Positions 59,382 to 64,000 of a stretch of 64,000 bases of DNA are shown in pieces. The translations under genes and the position numbers were made by a program. The notes under the pieces were generated by a model, which saw only the letters and a program-made list of their open reading frames with translations, did no database searches and was not told the DNA's origin. Numbering within the stretch: position 1 is the stretch's first letter; each line of letters opens with the position of its first letter. The stretch comes from Acidobacteriota bacterium (lineage in GTDB: Bacteria > Acidobacteriota > UBA6911 > JACQSX01). The stretch lies in contig DASXQR010000083.1 in assembly GCA_036507075.1 (NCBI GenBank), positions 32,001 through 96,000 on the forward strand. The letters are read 5' to 3'.

Positions 59382-59396
59382 GCAACTTTCCTGCCA
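59382..59396 (-). promoter_or_regulatory. Sigma54 -24/-12 promoter
   Basis: TGGCAGGAAAGTTGC upstream of xfp. Confidence 0.65.
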
Positions 59397-59521
59397 GAAA
59401 CGCCGCCTACGAACTGGTCCTCTGCCGAATGCTTTCAGCCTGCGCAAGAATTACGAGTGTATTCCTTACGGTTGGGTTACATCACCTAACTTCTGGCGGG
59501 AAAGAAAAGGAAAAAGGGAGA

Positions 59522-59594
<73 letters not shown>

Positions 59595-59751
59595 ATAGAT
59601 GAGTACAACCTGGACGACGAAAAAGTTTGATCATACCCAAAGCGAAACGCAGTCGCAAGGGGCCGAACGCGCATTAGGTTGACCGCTGTCAAGTTGAGCC
59701 GCTAAACTTAGCCGCGGTTTAACACGAATTGCACGGATCTTTGAGCCTTAT

Positions 59752-60423
59752 ATGAGTACACGAGTGCTACTGGTTCGACATGGTGCTACCGAGTTGAGCC
59801 CGGAAGATCGCTTTGCGGGTTCCACCGATGTTCTTCTTTCCGAAGAAGGGCAGCGCCAGGCATCGGAGCTGGCGGCGCGATTGTCCGGCCTTCGGCTGGC
59901 TGCGGTGTATTCCAGCCCTCTGCAGCGCTCCCTCCGGACCGCGGAGATTCTGGCGGCACCCCACAGTCTGGCTGTGACGCAGATCAAGGACTTCCGTGAG
60001 ATTTCTCATGGCCGATGGGAGGGTCTGACTCGCGGGGAAGTGGAGAAGAGCTTTGCTCAGGAATACTTGTCCTGGGATGCAGATCCGTTCACTTTTGCGC
60101 CTCTCGGAGGGGAAACCGGTCTCAGTGTTCTGGCTCGGGCCCTCCCTGCGCTTCGCGAAGTAGTTCTAAAACACGAGCGCCAAACCGTGCTGATCGTGTC
60201 GCACAAGTCCACGATTCGGCTTCTTATCGGAAGTTTCCTCGGATTTGATTTACGAGAGTATCGCGACCGCCTGGATCAGCAGCCCTGTTGCTTGAACGTA
60301 TTGGACTTCAAGGATCCGGCGCGCATGCGCCTGATGCTCTTCAATGACATTTCGCACTACCATGACCATCCCAAAACTCCCAAAGCTGTGCTCTCCAAAT
60401 CGTGGGATGCGCTCAAAAAATGA
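59752..60423 (+). CDS. Histidine phosphatase (phosphoglycerate mutase family)
   Basis: LVRHG, SSPLQR, GRWEG, IVSH. Confidence 0.92.
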   Translation: MSTRVLLVRHGATELSPEDRFAGSTDVLLSEEGQRQASELAARLSGLRLAAVYSSPLQRSLRTAEILAAPHSLAVTQIKDFREISHGRWEGLTRGEVEKSFAQEYLSWDADPFTFAPLGGETGLSVLARALPALREVVLKHERQTVLIVSHKSTIRLLIGSFLGFDLREYRDRLDQQPCCLNVLDFKDPARMRLMLFNDISHYHDHPKTPKAVLSKSWDALKK

Positions 60424-60672
60424 ATGGAGTTAAAACATCACCACAAAGGCACAACGGGGCAGAGCCGCAACCAAACACGTCATCGGTCATTAGTCATTAG
60501 TTCGTCGGTTAAAGAATCTTGCTAAAAAAACAAGAAGATCGCCAACTTGTTACACAAAGGGCACAAATATTCTTTCGAAACTTCTGGACGATTCGTTCGT
60601 ATTAATTTGGATGAATCACGTTCTACTGATCGGGATGGCCGGGTTGGCAGGAACGTGGAAAAGGAGCTCAAG

Positions 60673-62607
60673 GTGAAGCTTTTTTCCCGAATTCTTATCT
60701 GCTCTTTCCTGTTCTCGGCCGCCGCCGCCCAGGTGCAGGAAATCATTCCCGGTGACAATCTGGTCTTGGACGGAATTCCAAAAATTCCGGCCAGTCTGAC
60801 CGAGTCAGTAGATCGTTATACGCAGGCGCGCTCAGCCACGCTGGTCGACTGGCACCCCGTGCGCCGGGAAATGCTGATCCGCACGCGATTTGCTGATACC
60901 TTCCAGATTCACCTGGTGAAAATGCCCGGCGGAGCCCGCACGCAGATGACGTTTTTTGCTGAGCCGGTCAATGTCGCCTCCTTCCAGCCCAGGCAGGGTG
61001 ACTACTTCGTTTACTTAAAAGATGCCGGCGGAAACGAGTTCTACCAGATCTACCGTCTCGATCTGTCCACGGGAAAAAGCGCTCTGCTCACCGATGGGCG
61101 CTCCCGGAACATATTGGGACGCTGGTCTTCTGGCGGCGATAGAGTGGCGTACACGTCCACCCGGAGAAACGGAAAGGATCTTGATATTTATGTCGTAACC
61201 CCCACCGATCCGAAGAGCGATCGGAAGCTGGTCGAATTGCAAGGCGGCGGTTGGGACGTGCTTGACTGGTCGCCCGACGATCGCAAACTCCTGGTGATGG
61301 AGCTCGTCTCCGCCAATGAGAGTTATCTCTGGTTGTTCGATTCCTCATCTGGTGAAAAAACACTCCTCACGGCCAGGGAGCAGGGGGAAAAGGTAATGTA
61401 CCGAGCCGGTCGTTTTTCCACGGACGGCAAGGGGATTTACGCGGCGACAGATTTCGGTTCGGACTTCCAACGCCTCGCTTACATCGATCTGGCGACAAAA
61501 AAGCCGTCGTTCTTGACGACGCATATCCCGTGGGACGTTGAAGAATTCGATCTGTCTTCGGACGGGAAATGGATTGTATTTGCAACCAATGAAGATGGCG
61601 CCAGCGTGCTGCGGCTGCTGGATACGGCGAACCGCCGTGAGAAACCGCTGCCCAAACTTCCCAACGGGATGATAACGGACATCAAGTTTCATCCGAACGG
61701 AAAGGAATTCGGTTTCAGTTTTTTGTCTGCGCAGGCGTCGGATGTTTATTCCGTGGACATCCGCATAGGAAAGCTGGAGCGCTGGACGTCGAGCGAAATG
61801 GGTGGCTTGAATCCGGAAAATTTTCACAATCCGGAGCTGGTCCGATGGAAGAGCTTCGACGGCAAAATGATTTCCGGATTTGTTTACAAGCCGATGCAGG
61901 GCTTTACCGGCAAGCGGCCCGTGATGATCGAAATACATGGCGGTCCCGAGGATCAGTTCCGTCCTCGCTTCCTCGGCAGGCGAAACTATTTCATCAATGA
62001 GATGGGGGTTGCTCTGATTTACCCCAATGTTCGAGGCTCTTCCGGTTACGGAAAGAGCTTCCTGAAACTCGATAATGGGACGCTGCGCGACAACTCATAC
62101 AAGGACATTGCGGCGCTTCTGGACTGGATTCGAACACAGCCGGATCTGGATGCCGACAGAGTTCTGGTGACAGGCGGAAGCTATGGCGGTTTCATGACGC
62201 TGGCAGTGGCGACAAACTACAGCGATCGGATCCGATGCGCTTTGGATATTGTCGGGCCTTCAAATCTGGTTACGTTCCTGGAAAGAACGGAGAGCTATCG
62301 GAGAGATCTGCGGCGCGCCGAGTATGGCGACGAGAGGGATCCTTCGATTCGGGAGTACCTTGAAAAAATCGCCCCGATGAATCATGCCTCCGATATCAGG
62401 AAGCCTCTCTTTGTCATTCAGGGAAAGAATGATCCCCGCGTTCCGGCAAGTGAGTCAGAGCAGATCGTTCAGACGGTAAAAAAGAATGGCACGCCGGTCT
62501 GGTACCTGATGGCTAAAGACGAAGGTCACGGATTTGCGAAAAAGAAGAACGTGGATTTTCAGTTCTACGCAACGATCCTGTTCATGCAGGAGTACTTGCT
62601 AAAGTAA
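60673..62607 (+). CDS. S9 family (prolyl oligo)peptidase, exported
   Basis: Beta-propeller repeats, IHGGPE, GGSYGG, NDPRVP, EGHGF; AAGGAG RBS. Confidence 0.93.
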   Translation: MKLFSRILICSFLFSAAAAQVQEIIPGDNLVLDGIPKIPASLTESVDRYTQARSATLVDWHPVRREMLIRTRFADTFQIHLVKMPGGARTQMTFFAEPVNVASFQPRQGDYFVYLKDAGGNEFYQIYRLDLSTGKSALLTDGRSRNILGRWSSGGDRVAYTSTRRNGKDLDIYVVTPTDPKSDRKLVELQGGGWDVLDWSPDDRKLLVMELVSANESYLWLFDSSSGEKTLLTAREQGEKVMYRAGRFSTDGKGIYAATDFGSDFQRLAYIDLATKKPSFLTTHIPWDVEEFDLSSDGKWIVFATNEDGASVLRLLDTANRREKPLPKLPNGMITDIKFHPNGKEFGFSFLSAQASDVYSVDIRIGKLERWTSSEMGGLNPENFHNPELVRWKSFDGKMISGFVYKPMQGFTGKRPVMIEIHGGPEDQFRPRFLGRRNYFINEMGVALIYPNVRGSSGYGKSFLKLDNGTLRDNSYKDIAALLDWIRTQPDLDADRVLVTGGSYGGFMTLAVATNYSDRIRCALDIVGPSNLVTFLERTESYRRDLRRAEYGDERDPSIREYLEKIAPMNHASDIRKPLFVIQGKNDPRVPASESEQIVQTVKKNGTPVWYLMAKDEGHGFAKKKNVDFQFYATILFMQEYLLK

Positions 62608-62761
62608 GACTGGTTTTCTTTGAAACGCCAAGACACCAACATATTGGGTCCGGACAGAGACCGCGGCGGTTTGATGCCGAGTGATAGTGCCTTGGTGGTT
62701 GGTTCGTGAATGGGGTCCGCGGACCCTGGGAATTCCGCGGCGTTACGAAAACGGATAAGAA

Positions 62762-62968
62762 TCAAATCTTCACGACGTTTTCGGCCTGGTCACCCTTGGG
62801 ACCACGTGTCACCGTGAACTCAACTGCCTGACCTTCCGCCAGGGTCTTGAATCCGGACCCTTGAATAGCGGTGTGGTGAACGAACACGTCTTCGCCAGAC
62901 GCACGTTTGATAAAGCCATAGCCTTTTGCGTCGTTAAACCACTTCACTGTTCCTTGTTCTCTGCTCAT
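62762..62968 (-). CDS. Cold-shock protein
   Basis: [24 protein letters not shown]. Confidence 0.96.
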   Translation of the reverse strand: MSREQGTVKWFNDAKGYGFIKRASGEDVFVHHTAIQGSGFKTLAEGQAVEFTVTRGPKGDQAENVVKI

Positions 62969-63045
62969 GTTATTTCCTTTGCTACCTGTTACGGTGGTTC
63001 TTGTTGGTTGAAACTTACTTCTTGTCCGTTTTCGTAAGATCAGGC

Positions 63046-63087
63046 AAACAAAAAAGAGCTGCGAAACTCCCAGGGTTTCGTAGCTCT
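63046..63087 (-). terminator. Intrinsic terminator-like hairpin upstream of the cold-shock gene
   Basis: AGAGCTACGAAACCC-TGG-GAGTTTCGCAGCTCT followed by a T-rich tract. Confidence 0.65.
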
Positions 63088-63258
63088 CGTGTGTTATCCT
63101 TACAAAAACCTGACCAAGACGGCACCAGTCTAGGCAAATCGTCAATCACAGGTCAATCGAAATCTGCCAGATTTTCTTCGCGTTGTTCAGCCAAAAAAAT
63201 GTGAACGTCGTCACGACACGCTGCCGCATTGCCAAACGCGCAGCGGTGAAAAATGGGA

Positions 63259-63425
63259 CACGAATTAGCACGAATTTCACGAATTTCACGAAGTCACCTT
63301 AGCGATCAGGAAATTAATTAGAAGGATCTCGAACTTAATGCAGAGCGATACAAGGTCATCGAAATAATGATTCCTGCAGTGATTCAAAGAGATTCGTGGA
63401 ATTCTTGGAATTCGTGAAATTCGTG
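63259..63425. repeat. Periodic 9-10-bp inverted-repeat element
   Basis: (CACGAATTT)n ... (AATTCGTG)n. Confidence 0.8.
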
Positions 63426-63433
63426 CTCAACTC

Positions 63434-64000
63434 TCACCGGCCCATCAACAAACCGTAGATCCGATCCAGGTCATCGTTGTTGAAATAAAAAATTTCGACT
63501 TTTCCTCCTTTGCCTTTCTTTTTGATTGCCACTTTGGTTCCGAATCGGATTCGCAGCTTTTCTTCTGCTGCTTTTACGTTGGGATCCATGTGAATGCGTC
63601 GCTGGGGCTCCTTGTCGGACGCTCCCAGAAGCTGACGAACCAACCTCTCGGTATTACGGACCGACAGCTCTTTTTCGATAATCTGCTGTGCCGCCTGGAC
63701 CTGGGCTTTCGGGTCTTCCAAAGCCAACAGGGCGCGGGCGTGGCCCATTGTTAACTTGTTTTCTATCAACAACTTACGCACCTTTTCAGCCAGCTTCAGA
63801 AGCCGCAGTGCGTTGGCCACAGTGGCCCGATTCTTCCCTACTCTTTGTGCAATGTCCTCTTGAGAGAGTCCAAAATGCTCCCAAAGATATTGGTAGGCCT
63901 TCGCCTCTTCAATGGCATTGAGCTCGTCGCGTTGAATGTTCTCGATCAGCGCGATTTCCAGGCTTTTTTCCTCGTCAACATTTTTGAGAATCGCCGGCAG
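63434..64000 (-). CDS. parB: ParB/Spo0J partition protein, C-terminal part (5'-truncated by window)
   Basis: ALIENIQRDELNAIEEA, VANALRLL, MGHARALL, LSVRNTE. Confidence 0.93.
   Translation of the reverse strand: MPAILKNVDEEKSLEIALIENIQRDELNAIEEAKAYQYLWEHFGLSQEDIAQRVGKNRATVANALRLLKLAEKVRKLLIENKLTMGHARALLALEDPKAQVQAAQQIIEKELSVRNTERLVRQLLGASDKEPQRRIHMDPNVKAAEEKLRIRFGTKVAIKKKGKGGKVEIFYFNNDDLDRIYGLLMGR

Noticed and set aside
63259..63425. CRISPR-like array
   Set aside because: Units are 9-10 bp, tandem and inverted, with no unique spacers and no cas genes.

Overview
A GC-rich bacterial chromosomal window. An Acidobacteriota-like host is inferred from the Oar-type TonB-dependent receptors and the gene content. 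The left part (1-21.6 kb) holds housekeeping and peptidase genes (glmS end, queA, M19/M14 peptidases, benzoate-CoA ligase-like, MBOAT+SGNH pair, cytosine deaminase). It also holds an AhpD/CMD-family gene that the ORF track splits at an in-frame UGA; this is a probable CxxU selenoprotein with a SECIS-like hairpin. The middle (21.9-33.9 kb) is a sugar locus: TonB receptor, galM, galT-like, inositol-monophosphatase-like, plant-ARA1-like GHMP kinase and GH127, a candidate Leloir-type L-arabinose pathway. The right part (34-59.4 kb) is a probable low-oxygen module. It contains an MtrA/MtrB-type decaheme-porin pair, a NapC/NirT tetraheme, a globin-coupled histidine kinase, a sensor-less kinase with a sigma54 activator, VIT1/ZIP transporters, nhaA, hemerythrin, an atypical membrane-anchored nitrate-reductase-like operon with NarK, and phosphoketolase. 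About nine sigma54 -24/-12 motifs and paired 16-bp enhancer-like sites tie these units together. The window ends with tRNA-Phe, a histidine phosphatase, an S9 peptidase, a cold-shock gene and part of parB. Intergenic spaces carry several families of palindromic/periodic repeats, some captured in frame by genes. Two single-gene cassettes are bracketed by degenerate direct repeats. No integrase, intact transposase or CRISPR array was seen.
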